Shown here: piece after piece, positions 37,701 to 51,000 of the stretch
Layout: every line of letters starts with the position of its first letter
Position numbering within the stretch: position 1 is the stretch's first letter
DNA from: Bugula neritina
Taxonomy: Eukaryota > Animalia > Bryozoa
Assembly (NCBI GenBank): GCA_964035545.1
Contig: OZ037765.1
Coordinates: forward strand, 9,248,698-9,312,697
Length of the DNA stretch: 64,000 nt
Reading direction: 5' to 3'
Program-made: the position numbers and the translations under genes
Notes under the pieces: model-generated
What the model was told of the DNA's origin: nothing
What the model saw: only the letters and a program-made list of their open reading frames with translations
Databases searched by the model: none

Positions 37701-40700
37701 TCCTTACGCCATTTACAGTTTGAATTCTTTAAGTGCTAGGTTATGGTTAGCTCATAGCAAATATGGAACTCAGGCTTATTATTAAATAAGCAAAGGATAA
37801 GGCTAGATGACTCATATCCAGCCACAACTCGGTAATCCATATGTTGGTCTGTAGATGAGGAATCAAATCAAATTTAAAATTAATTGAAAAAGAAAGTAAA
37901 GTAAATTGGGTCTTAATTGACCAAAAGTATATCTTGCGACAAGGCAAAACACTCTTAGCTAGTACATATATTTGGAAAAGCATATACAAGTGAAAAAATG
38001 CAAGAAAGTTTAAAAAGTATAATAAAGCTTGTCCATTTATCTTGTTTTCATTTCAAGACTTTTCAAAGAAGAGAAGGGAAAACTGTTTTTCCCTCATACA
38101 GATATTGACGTGATGTATAATTCCTAATATCAAGAGATCTAATCAAAAACATAAGTGGTTCATATCACCTAATCTTTTATTACAATCAATTGTAAACAAC
38201 AAAGACAAGACAGACAAAGACAACAAGAATAGTATTAACTAGGTATTTGTGACAAATATAGGCTAATTTTTAAAAAAAAAATGTAACGAAAACATATGGC
38301 GCATATTTATTGCCCATAAAGCAGCAAAATGTCAAGCCCATAGAACTAAATGGGCAGAGAAAAGTTTTTATGCTAAGTTTTTGTTGTGTTGTAAATAGCA
38401 AATTTCAAAAAGCAAATTTATTCTCACAAGTTTTATTATTGTGTAACAATTCTTTTAACTAGATGAGGCCATGAGGGTATAAAAAATGCATATTAGGCTA
38501 AGTTTTGCGCTTTTATCGTTTTTGTATGGGGGATTTACGGAGTGGCATTCTTTTGTGAAAAGATATGGTTTATTTTTTGTCATAGTAAGATTCTCTAATA
38601 TTTATAATTGATAGACAATAATTTTCACTAAAATAACCTGTATAATTACTTTACAACCATATCGGTATACTTTTGTAAGCATGCTTGAATCATAGCATGA
38701 AAGAAAGATTTTTATTACCTATAGCGATCAATTGTTTTTCGAAATATAGAAGGTATTGAAGTCTCAAAACTTGTGTCAAGAGTGTGAAAGTTGGATGGAG
38801 TGGATTTTGCTAGAATCTAGATGGTCTTTTTAACAGATATAACATTCCTGAATTCTGACTGAGTGATTAGTTGTATGACTTAGATATAAAAGAAGCTGTA
38901 AATTTCATAACCCTGTCGCCCACTCATACTCTGCATTGTGTATGCAAATCCTGCTATTATTCTAGTGTTATACGTCACCAAAACAAGATCAAAGCTGTTT
39001 AATATTGTGAAGTTATTCTAGTGTTTGTTTTAAATTACTTAAATGCACTTCCTATACTCATCAGAAGCATGAGCAAGTCAAAGTGTGGCAGTAACATGAC
39101 AAGCAGGTGCTCTATGAGTTTACATAATTGTAGTCTTGAGTGGTGTTAGTCAAGTTACGGAACAACAAATAGTAGTACCATAGTACACCAATGAAGTATC
39201 GCGCTGATTCTTAGACCCAGTTCACTATACTCTAGCCCGGAACTGACTTGCCTCAATCAGCACGTGCTTCAGCATCTACTTTGAAGCAGAATAATCCACC
39301 AGCCACCCACGCAGATAGGCTCGAGGGCCATTATTGCAAAATGTTTTACTTTAATAAAAATTATTGTTATGTTTAATAAAACTGTATGTTTCAACCATAG
39401 TTGAAAATATTCAAATATGTCATTATAACGCAGATATAAATACTCTTTTGATCAACAAAATTATCATCCATCAACAAATAACCAGAAAATTTTATATTAG
39501 GCTGATGATAATTACAAATAAATGATTTTTTCATATTTTTCCCCTAAATATTTGAAAAAAAAAACTAATTTTAGCCTACAACTTGGGCTATTAATTCCTA
39601 TATATTTATTTCATTAGCAGAAAACTTTAGTGCAAAGTGCAATCTAAAAACTCAGTTTATTATTATTCTGGGTATTATAACAAAACACCTTTCAGATTTG
39701 TCCATATTTCAGAAAAAATAGCAATATTATTTGTGTTAGTGTAATGCTCATATTCATTCTTCTAAGCAATTTGCCACTAACCCAGTGTGATTAGCATAAA
39801 TACCAATATATTGAAATGAAAATTTCCATGGAAAAACTTGCGCATATCAATATATCTAAGCTGAGCCAACTTTTATTTTTCAAATAGAAGTGTTGATAGC
39901 ATGTACTAACTGACCCCCAAAACAATTCAAAATTGTTATCAGCACTTGTAGCTCCTACATACGATTTCATGTATTTGCAAGTGGATTCCAACGTAATTTT
40001 GATTAGATATCAGTTCATAGCAACCATCAACATCACCGAACAGATATGACAAGTTACAGTGCTTTACATTACAAGGACTTAGATAAAGAAGAACCATAGT
40101 TTGTGACGTTGGTCTAACCACAGCAAGACTGTCGGTTCCCTCAATGAACTTTATCTAACATCCGCAAACAGAAGTTTTATAACCCACTCATGTTGTTTGC
40201 AAACAATGATGGATTGCTTCATATGAACACTTTGGCACTAAATTATTGGAAACTCGATAGGGAATAAACATTCAAATACAGAAATTTTCAGCACTAAATG
40301 TTGAATTTTTAAACTAGATACTACATGTGGCGTTGGTGGAGCAATAAACACTACCCTAAAACTAACTGCACTACCTTAAAACTAACTGAGATAAAACAGT
40401 TATCTTCTATTAACTTATATGAGTGTCTACAGTCTACAGTATAAGCTTATAGGAATTGAAATTAAACTTAGTGGTGATTTTAATCAATAAAATGTTCAAA
40501 TCAAAGCTCAATACTAGTGTAGCAGTGTGTTATTAAAACTGTGAAATTAAGTGGGAATGACCTGCAATGACTAATTTTCCTATATTGAATGTAAATATGA
40601 GAATATATTATAGCAAGTGCTTTATTCTAGTTTTGGACCAACAGCTTCTAAGAGTCGTATACTAGTGGTTTGACTGCCAGTGCTATATCACAATACTTTG

Positions 40701-40849
40701 TAAAAGTCATAACTCAAGAGCTCACTATCACTCTATCAGAGTGAATTACTTAAGAGAATTAAATGTATCTTGGTCAGCGAGCGCAGACATAATTCCTTTC
40801 TAAGTTTCATTTAAGAACAATAGATTCTAGATTTAACGAGCATGTAATG

Positions 40850-41620
40850 ATTTGTTTCCTGATACGGAGAGATTAGAAAGAAGGTTAGAGATCTAGAGAG
40901 AGAAAATAGAGGCAGCGGGATTGAAGATAAGCCGAAAGAAAACAGAGCATTTGCCATCAGTTGGAGACCAAGAAAACATCAGGATGAAGAAGTATGGTAG
41001 TCAGGTTATAGAAAGCCTGACTAAGTGTTCCCAATTCAAGTACTTGGGCACAACAATCTGCCAAGCTGGAGGCTGAAGAGAGGCTGAGCTGAGAATATCC
41101 TGGCTTGGAATAAGTAGAGAGAGCTGTCTGGTGTGCTCTGTGACAAGAAAATGCCTACAAATTTGAAAGTGCTGATTTATAAAATAGCTATCAGACCAGC
41201 CCTGCTATATGGAAATGAGACATGGCCCATCACAAGATCTCTGGCTGATAAGATGTCATCATGTGAGATTTGCATATTGCGATATTTTTTGAATGTCAGT
41301 TTAGAGGATCATAAGCCAAATAAGGAAATAACAGCTGAGGCCGATTAAAGACCTAGTGAGGAACAGACGAATGCAGTGGTATGGACATGTTAGACGGAGA
41401 AAAAGTGAGGATGACATCCGGATAGTGTCAGATATGACAGTTGAAGGAGTTCGACCTAGGGGTAGACCAAAGCAAAGATGGTGTGACACAATAAACTCAG
41501 ACCTTAGATAGCTTGATCTAGATGGTGCAGATGCTGAAGATCAAGTGCGATGGAGAAGTCTGGTAGAACTTGGTATCAAGCAAAGACCTGCCACCCGCGC
41601 AGGACCACGGCAGTGAAAGG
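40850..41620 (+). mobile_element. 5'-truncated, decayed RTE-clade LINE
   Basis: GLKISRKKTE, FKYLG, AWNK.RELSGVLCDKKMP..LK..IYK..IRPALLYG.ETW, WYGHV.RR, RPRGRPK.RW motifs, with stops and frameshifts. Confidence 0.9.
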
Positions 41621-41654
41621 TAAACAAAGGTAGACATGATTAAATCAACGATTT

Positions 41655-41860
41655 TAGCTAAAAATGGCACAGGTAATATGGTGCAAATGGAAAGTGGATA
41701 TAATGGCACACTGATGCTAAACTTAGACCCCCAAACCCAAATCCCCAATATTCAGAATGTGCCATTTTTATCTACTTTTTCATTTGTGCCATAATTACTT
41801 GTGCCATTATTATCGTGGCATTTTTACCTGTCCTATTTTTACCTGTGCCATTTTTACTGA
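41655..41860. mobile_element. Foldback-like MITE remnant with repeated aaaatggcac / gtgccatttt units
   Basis: Left units aaaaatggcacaggtaa mirrored by tandem ttttacctgtgccatttt units on the right. Confidence 0.55.
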
Positions 41861-42326
41861 AATAAGCTACATTTGTGAAAAAAGAACCTAACAATTTAGT
41901 GCTTAAAGTTGCCCATTGAAATTTTTTTACAAACTTATCAAAACTTTAAGTTTTTATAACTACTTAATTTTATTTTCAATAAACATTATACACAGCTTCT
42001 CAAAGAACAGTTTTTCAAATATTGAAACAATAACCATGTATTAAATGCAGCTGACTTATAAAAACTAAGTTACATTGATATGTACACATCAGTAAACTAT
42101 TCCGGCAAATATTTACATAGACAGACAACAAATATTTGAAGGTGTAAAAATTTAGTTCCAAGTTCACACCTGGTAAACTACACGGTATTTACACTAGCAG
42201 GCTTTAAATTTACAACTTCCAGTAACAATACATAGCAGAACAATAGACTTATTTCAATGTTTTGCAAACATTACTAAACTCTTCTTACACACAATAGTGG
42301 TTTTGTGCGAGTATTTAACTCAAGAG

Positions 42327-45300
42327 TTAAATAATATTACTTTGGTTTTTAAGAAACTTGTGGAGTTGCCCTCCCAAATCTTCATCTTGATAAGACCATG
42401 ACAGCAACACTCCGATATTTGCCTCATCAACTTTGCTAACTTGTATCAACACCGACTCAGATATGCTGATAGATCCATCCTGATTGTGAAGAACTCCCTT
42501 CAATCACACATGCAGACACTGATGCAATGCTGAGCTCACAAGTTTTACATTTGGGAATAACTCTCCTGATAGACATCTGTGTACGTAGTTAGTGTTTGCA
42601 TAATTTCCGACCACGCATTCAGTAAATATACTTCAAGTAATTGAGATAAAAGAATTACATACCTTTGAATTCACAACATTAATATGCGAATTAATTGATT
42701 ATTTTAGAAATGTTAATGGAAAAGTGGAGGCTTTACCTTACACTTGGCTCTTGTCTTTAAAGCTGAAACTATTTTCTCAGTGACCTGCTGGGCAGGTAAA
42801 GCGATTGATAGGACAAAGTTAGATGTGAACCGAATGGTTTGAGAGGGCAACTCCAACTCTGCCAGAGTTTCTTCTGTAGATAATAGTCTGAGGTCTGAGT
42901 CATCCATAACCAAGACTCCATTGACTAGTGTGGATCTTTTAGGGGCGGGTTCTACACTGCCACCTACAAAAGCAAACTATTTGTACTCAAAGAATAAAAC
43001 AATTTCTTCTAGAGAACTGCAGCTGTATGAATGTATTTTTACACAAGCACAAATCTACATAGAGCTTCAACTGTTTCCACATAAATACTCCATTCAAAAC
43101 TGTCACTAGTACTAGGTGCTGCATTATATTAACAATATTTAGAGGTGAACAGAAAAAAACTGCACTACAGAAAATGGTAACTTATAAAAAACACAATTAC
43201 TATAATAAACGCTAGAACAAAAGCAGAACTTGAATTGAACATTAACTTGAAAGTACAGTGCTCCTTCCATATCTCACTATGCTGCATGTTCCAAAATCTC
43301 AATCTGTGACAAAGTAGAATACCAGATTTAACTAACTGATCCGTTAAATTCGGCCATTTTGTCCCTATACAGTATACACACATATATAAGTCACAAAATG
43401 AGAGTCCAAGCCCTTCTCGTGACCTGTGGAAATGAATCCGTGAGACATGGAGAGAGCACTGTACACAAAGTATTTCCTTATAAATCACTAGCTAATTTTT
43501 AATATGAATCACTAGCTAAGTTTTAATATGAATTACTGGCTAAGTTTTAATTTACGAGAACGAGTACAGTAAAAAGTTGTTAGATATGAATACACATGCT
43601 ACAATATGACAGCACATACCATGATCCGTAAATGATCTCTTTAACAACTTGAGAGAAATATCGACAGGTATTTTACACGTGGTTTCTATGGTAACAGTCT
43701 CTCCATTAGCTGGCATATAACACTCTATCCCAAATTCATTGCGAATTTTCTTTTTCAGAAACACCATCTTGCCTTCTTCCCCGTGCACAAGCATGACGTT
43801 CTTAGGTGCAGATTGCCGTATCAATTGTATAATACCTGAGCCATTATAAAGATACAATGTGTTTAGAAATTGAAAGCTTTAAAAATGCTGATAAATTAAT
43901 AAGCATATAACATTTATTGTTCCTAAAGTTTTCTAAGATAGAAATTTAATTACAGAACAAATTGTATACACTAATCAAATGATAATACTAATAAGAGTAC
44001 TATAATTAACATTAATAATATACAAGGCTTATATTAGTGTCAGTTACATTATCGTCTACTTATATTAAAGTAAAGCTTAGACTCTGGAATGTATGTCACA
44101 GGATTGACTACGTAATATATCATACAGTGTGACTAGTAATATATCATACAGTGTGACTAGTAATATATCATACAGTGTGACTAGTAATATATCATACAGT
44201 GTAACTGCGTAACATATCATACAGTGTGACTAGTAATACATCATACAGTGTGACTAGTAATATATCATACAGTGTAACTGCGTAACATATCATACAGTGT
44301 GACTAGTAATATATCATACAGTGTGACTAGTAATATATCATACAGTGTGACTAGTAATATATCATACAGTGTGACTAGTAATATATCATACAATAGGTAG
44401 ACTATACAGTTTAAATATGTAATATATTACACATATTGATTGTGTAACTTACTTCACTTACCTTTAGCATCTGCATGAGCACTGAAAGACATGTATTGCA
44501 CTTTCATCCTCACGTCAACCGTATGACCATCAAAGTCGATCTTTTTCACTCCGTTGAGAATTTTGTGACCCACAGTTCCTTGCACACAATAGCCGGGCAT
44601 AATGACCATGTTCTTGTCACTGGTGCACCATCTTTTGAATATTTGCAGAGAAAGACCAGCGTGCAGCATGCCAGGTGTAGCAAATACAACCATAGCCCCC
44701 GGGTTGTCCATATACGCCTTGTCAAAGGCTTTAATATGTTTGAAATCAAACATATTTCTGTGTACAAAGGTTTTCTTGATCTTCTGATTAGTCCATGAGA
44801 TGAAAAGTTTGTAATAGTGATTAGCTTTCTCCGCCAACCCTTGTGTGAAATATACAGGTACTTTCAAGTTCAGTCTGTCCCAGAATGTCTCCAGTAGGAT
44901 ACACAACTCCTGTGCTCTCCCCAACGCAAATACCGGAATCAAAACCTAAACTCAAGGATGAAAATAAAACCTTCTATAAATGATCCAAAAACTGGGTTGC
45001 AAGAGACTCAATAAGCTCCAAAACACGGTTTTTAAAGTCTTACAGCTGTATGAGCCATGAGGTATAATCTAATTTGATAGCTGAGTGTGTGCTTCAATAA
45101 TTAAAATAATACATCAAAAACTTAAAGATTACTTGAATATAGAAAATTTCTACTGCATTTCATAGTAATCTATAGCACAGAGAGCATGTATATATGTTTA
45201 GATCACGTAATACTAACTGATAAGTGTGGTAAAAATACTTAGAAAACCTCAAACTTCATTTAATTATAGGAAAACTTGTTGAAGGAGGGCAGATTAAAAT

Positions 45301-46641
45301 CTCTTTAATAGCAACATAATTAATTGAATATTAAATATTGCATGTTATGTTGATGCATCTATGCTTTAGTAGCAACATTAGGTTTTTTAAATTGCATTGT
45401 TCCATGCTAGGGAGGGAACAACTCCCAAAACATTTACTGGTCCCATATTTTAATGTAGCACACAAATGTGTGTACGTGTGTGTGTGTGTACGTGTGTGTG
45501 TGTGTGTGCGCGTGTGCGTGTGTGTGTGTGTGCTAGTGTGAATGAGTGTGAGTGTCTTACCTTTCCTCCCTTTTCCACACAATCCAGAACCTTTTTCAGA
45601 AAGTCCCGCTCTCGACATCGTTTGGAATCTCTGATGGTCGTAGCATAAGTACTCTCTGTGATCAGCAAGTCTGGTCTACATTTGTCTATCCAGGCAGCAC
45701 CCAAGTGTCTGTCTGGTGTCATATTATAGTCACCAGTATACACAATAGACTGTGAACCAACGCGAATATGAAACATAGCGGCTCCTAGAACGTGTCCCGC
45801 ATAATAAGCTTTTATTTCTAACTCATCATCGACCTAAATTTGTAAACAATGTAAAAATAATAAAAAAGCAATGAAAATGTCTTGAGCCAGTAACAATGAG
45901 ATAAGTAGAGGCATAGCCTTTCAGGCTGCAGTGAATAATATGAATCAGAAAAATATACTGCTAGGTAGATGAAGAAGCAGAAAATATGCTTTATAATTCA
46001 TTGGATGCAAAATTTCTCCCAAGATATGTTTCAAAAAATAGTCTGCACAAATAATCAAATTACAGATAATAAATCTATTTATGTACGAGTTGTCAATTAT
46101 GCCGCCCACTAACTTGAACTCTTTGATGGAGATTCACAGCTATACTTTTCTTCATACATGTCTTTATATTTTCTGAAGTGAAAAAATTAGAATGATCTCC
46201 TTCCTTTCCGACAGTTATTTTTCTGAAGTCCTCCAACAGTATTGGCGCTATAGCCTTAGTGGGATGAGTCATATAGATGGGCCCGTCATAGCCAATTATC
46301 TCTGAGAATAATGAGTATAATGAATAAAATTGCAGATCAATGAAATAAACATATTTAAGTATGAGCAGGTATCAATAATATAAAAGCTTGAACTAACCAG
46401 TCATATATGGCAAGGCTCCACAATGATCCAAATGAAAGTGACTAATAATTACACAATCTAAAAAGTCTGTAAGAGGCTTCCCATCATCAATGTAATCGAA
46501 ATCAGGAAATCTTCTGTTATCGTTGTACCCCATATGCATGCCACAATCCAGCATGATATTCTTACCACCCAGAGTCACAATAATACAGCTCCTTCCTACA
46601 TCCTGACCGGCTCCAAGTGGAACCACCTTTATTTCAGTCAT
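42327..46641 (-). CDS. INTS11: Integrator complex subunit 11 (CPSF3L; metallo-beta-lactamase/beta-CASP endonuclease), 600 aa; exons 46641-46398, 46301-46114, 45833-45561, 44945-44462, 43835-43620, 42963-42737, 42497-42327
   Basis: [54 protein letters not shown] and C-terminal [11 protein letters not shown] motifs; 1803 nt in frame. The last junction uses a weak gaag acceptor inferred from frame. Confidence 0.96.
44113..44392. repeat. 24-bp minisatellite (gtaatatatcatacagtgtgacta, ~11.5 copies) in an INTS11 intron
   Basis: Head-to-tail units with a recurring variant (gtgtaactgcgtaacat); no unique spacers. Confidence 0.95.
45467..45553. repeat. (GT)n microsatellite in an INTS11 intron
   Basis: Direct inspection. 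Confidence 0.95.
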
Positions 46642-47109
46642 TCCGTACCAATATTGAAGGTTTCACTATCAACTACAATTCTAAGCCAAAACACAATAAT
46701 TGCATATATTAGAATATTAATTTAAGCATTGGGCAAGTATATTAATAGTATAAGTAAATCAAAGTATAATTATAAACTATTAGTATTACATTTACTGTAT
46801 TAGTAATAAACAATAGCAATACATTTACTGCAATAGTATTAATATTAGTATTAATATTAGTGCAATTATTACTGTACAGATATTAATAATTAATGGTTAA
46901 TACAACATAATTATCATAATTAACAAAAATGTACTATTTATGTTATTAATATCATCAAGAATATCCTAATCACAGTTTTAGAAAAAAGCTTTGATTTTTC
47001 AGTTCAGTTTGTTGAAAATATTTTGCTACAAGCCTATGTACTAGAAGCTATAACTATAAGCTTTAAGTATAAATATTATTATAAAAATAAAAAAATGTAT
47101 CACTTTTAC

Positions 47110-48030
47110 CTCCAAGTTTAATAATTCAATAAAAATTAGAATAGCTATTAGCTATATGTAAAGTAGGGAAAAACTTTTTTAATAATCTAACACCTGTAGG
47201 CGCAAAACTATGAGCGCCTCTTACTCTTAGTCTTATGTTGCTTCGTATTATTACCAATAGTGAATACTAATACTAATACTAATAGTAATAGTAAGAGTAA
47301 TGCTAATAGTAAATAAGTAATACTGATACTTATAGCTTTAATACTACTACTAGTATTACTGTATTACAGTAGCAGTATGATTATTACTATTAATATTATT
47401 ATTAGGTAAGTCAAATGATAATTTTTAGGTCACGATTTACGTTTCAATTTTACTTATTATTAGTTAGAGTTTCACTTTCAGCTTAATTTAAATTTTCAAT
47501 GATTACTTACAGTTACACTTACATCAACTTACATCAATGGTGACATCGCGCTAGACCGCCTAGTGGCATACCTAAGAGGCGCGCCTCAGTTTTTGGTTAT
47601 GATTGAGCAGTAGAGTATTATTTTTTAACAGTGTATCAAATATGAATATCATACTCATAGGTAGGGCATATTCTATTCATATTGCTTTAAATCTTAAAGT
47701 TTATGATAATGTACTTGACCATTATTAATAAGCACAAAATAACTACTACAATATTTCCTCTTTTTTTTCAGAACTGACTAACTACGAGTATTGCAAATGT
47801 TACTTACAAATTTGAAGCTCAAGCTAGTTTCTTTCACAGTCACTACTTTGGTTTTTACTTAACCAATTACTTTCACTAGTTTTATAAAGAATGCAAATAG
47901 TTAGATTCGCCAAAGCTTTACTCAGAAAACGCCGTTTAAGACACCCATAAATTATTGAAAATTCAACGACTACCTCCACTGACGCTCATTCCGCAATTCT
48001 GACTTCCGCAACACACGTTCGCTCGCAAGC
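47110..48030. promoter_or_regulatory. Divergent promoter region INTS11 / EIF3J
   Basis: Head-to-head ATGs 1.4 kb apart; CpG-containing patches at ~47195-47220, 47545-47590 and 47960-48030; minus-strand donor at ~47110 suggests an INTS11 5' UTR exon. Confidence 0.65.
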
Positions 48031-51000
48031 ATGGCTGATTGGGGTATGTATTAAAAAATATGAATTACTTTTTTAATTATTCTGACAATAATTTTCCGTT
48101 TTTATTTTTAATATCTTTAAACTTGGGAAATTTATTTTATCTAATTTATTAGTTACAGTTAAATAAGATGTGAATGAAATAATTCTGAGGTTTCACTGAC
48201 ATTTAATGATTTATAAGTTGAAGATTGGGAGTGAGACTCAGACTGAGAAATGAAACTGAGAAGTTTACAGTTTCAGTTTGAGTTACAGTTACTCTAAGTC
48301 ATGGTGATAGTGCAACTAAACTTCAAGTTGAAATTGATCCTTAGCTTTTTTCAGTCTGAATATCGTTGTTCAGTCAATGTTTTCGCTCTAACAGTAACAC
48401 TGACAGTGACTCACTGAGTGTGACAGTCACAGTGATACTCGCATCGGCAGTGGTACTGGTAGTGGCTGAGTTGAAATATCATATTTCATTATTTAAATTT
48501 AGTCTCGGTCTCAAAGTCAATCTGAGGCCGAATGGGAAAACCCATACTCATAGGCTATAGGCATACTGATACTCGTAGCTTAAGCCTTAAGCCGAACTCT
48601 AAGCTAATAGTACTACTCGGAACTTACTCGAAGTGATCATCACACTAGACCGCCCTAAAGGGAGAAAGGGGTGTGCCGCATATGGGCGCTGTGTTGGACA
48701 GTCATTGGTCAATAGTCACGCAGTTAGACTGTTTGGGCTGTATTTACTGAACAGGAACTTAATCCTGTCCATGTAGAGATCTCTGAATTATTGCTTTGGT
48801 TGTGCCCAATTTTCAGGTCCCGCGTAGTCCTATTTCAACTGTAGCAGTAACAACAAAATATAATATAAACTTAAGGTATCATTATGATTATGATTAACAT
48901 TAATAAATTAAAAATAGTTAATAAACATTATGATTATGATAATCATTATCACTATTGAGTATTATTAATTTTATCATGGGTAGTATAATTATGATCAAAT
49001 AATTATAATCATTATGATGAAAATCTTTATTATTTTTATTATAATAAAGATCAGATTGTCACAATAAATATAATTATAAATATTTGTAATTTTGGCTCAT
49101 TCTAAATTAGTCGATAAGTTTAATTGTCTATCCTTATGATTACTAAACATATTCGTACTTGGTAATCGTGTTGTGGTATTGGCTTAAAATTGCATTCATT
49201 TTAAATTTGGTTTTTTAATTTAATTTATCTATTATAATTGAATTACAGTATTCACAGCATCTCGGACTTGGACACAAAGTTAGAATAACTGCAAGTTTAA
49301 TATATTGTTCTGGTAAATAACAAACCAAATTGAGCAATCAAACCATTAAATTTAATGTTTTTGGCTGCAATTTTGTTAAAAAATTGCACCCTCCCAGGCT
49401 ATTAGTATTCTTATTAACCAACTATTGTCCTATCACATTTTATGCTGATATTGACAGCAGTTGAATTTTTAGCAGCGCATAAAGCTATTAAAACTCAATT
49501 CCAAGTAATAGACAATTGTGATACGTTTAAGCCAAAAACAAAAGTGTAGTCTCTTTTATCTATTAATTGTAACTTGAGTAAATTGTAAATTTAAGTTGTT
49601 TCAAAATATTGTTACAGATACTACCATGAATGATTGACTAATGCTATAACTATAAGAATAATATTTTTGTTTTTTTGCTTCATGGAACTGTTATAGCAAA
49701 AGTATAAGCCATTGATAACCGTAAACCCGAAGTGCATAAACTCTCACTTTGATTCTTTGTGAATATGGATTTTATTCCCTCAAGATTTTAGCTATGATCA
49801 GTAGCTCACTAAAATAAACTCATGTTGTGGTAAGACTACACTTACCTACAGCATGGCATAGCAAGGCATAGGGCAAGCTTATGAGCTGAAAATATTTAGT
49901 ATTTCCGTGTTATGAATTGTGTAAGAAGTTAAGAAAGCAATCAGACTATATAAGCAATCATTTGACAGTAATAAATAGCCTGGAAGTGTACAATCTGTAG
50001 GAAGGAATAGTATTTGCCATTTACCAAGCACCTGTTACATTAAAACATCATTATTCATAGTTGACATTATTCAACTGTAATCTAGATCATACTTGACGAT
50101 AAATAAGACTGATTACAAATTCATGTAATGTATGGCAACTTTGGCATAAATGTTTTTTACCAAGTATAGATGTTTGTTCTTGTTTTTATGATATAAAACT
50201 GTAGGGAACTTTCATTTCTAAAAGTGGCTTTCCGCTAGTTTTAGACTAAGCAGTGTTTGATTTCGTAACTTGTCCACCTTACCATATTAATTTTGAAATC
50301 CAAATTTAATTGATTAAGTTAAAGTAATGTGTAACTCATAGTTCACAGTTTTGTGTTGTTAGTATATTAATAAACACTTAGTTGTACCTAAACTAAAAAG
50401 GCTCAAAATTGTAAATGTTGAAGTTGAGTTAAATTTGTTGGAGTATGTTAAATGTGGCTCAGCTGAAGATCAGAACTGTACATACAATGGTTTTAGTGAT
50501 ATTCATGCTGCTGTTTTTTATATTAAGATGATGAAGACTATGACCCTGAGCCAATAGCCGGCAATACGGATGCTTGGTCTGGGGAAGATGAAGATGAGGC
50601 TATAAAGGTGAGGTCATTAATTCGCCGTTTAAAGCAATAAAGTTAATTTTTCGCGAATTGAATACTTTTCGTATAATTTTGTCATTTTTCAATCTTGTAA
50701 TATTTTAGGACAATTGGGAAGACTCTGATGATGCCGATGAAAGTAAACCTGCCCCTGTACAGACAGTCAAAAAGAAACCATTACGAGTAATTTTTTCACC
50801 CCTGTAAATTTACTGTTTGGTGTTTTTGATTCTCATTCTATGATTCTCCTCTTTTGATTTATACAAAATTGAAAAAGTTTTTATGATTGTTAGGAGCGCA
50901 TAGCGGAAAAAGAAGCCAAAAGAAAGGCAGAATTGGAAGAAAAAAGGCGGAAGGAAGAGGAAGCTAGACAAAATATGACCCCTGAAGAAATCGTGGCTGA

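Noticed and set aside
39050-40350. GC-richer segments with short ORFs
   Set aside because: No TIR/TSD pair or diagnostic protein motif identifiable by eye
44113-44392. Regular 24-bp repeat array resembling CRISPR
   Set aside because: Head-to-tail units without spacers, in a eukaryotic intron, with no cas genes; it is a minisatellite
45331-45648. CV/HT-rich ORFs (also 184-408)
   Set aside because: Translations of dinucleotide microsatellites
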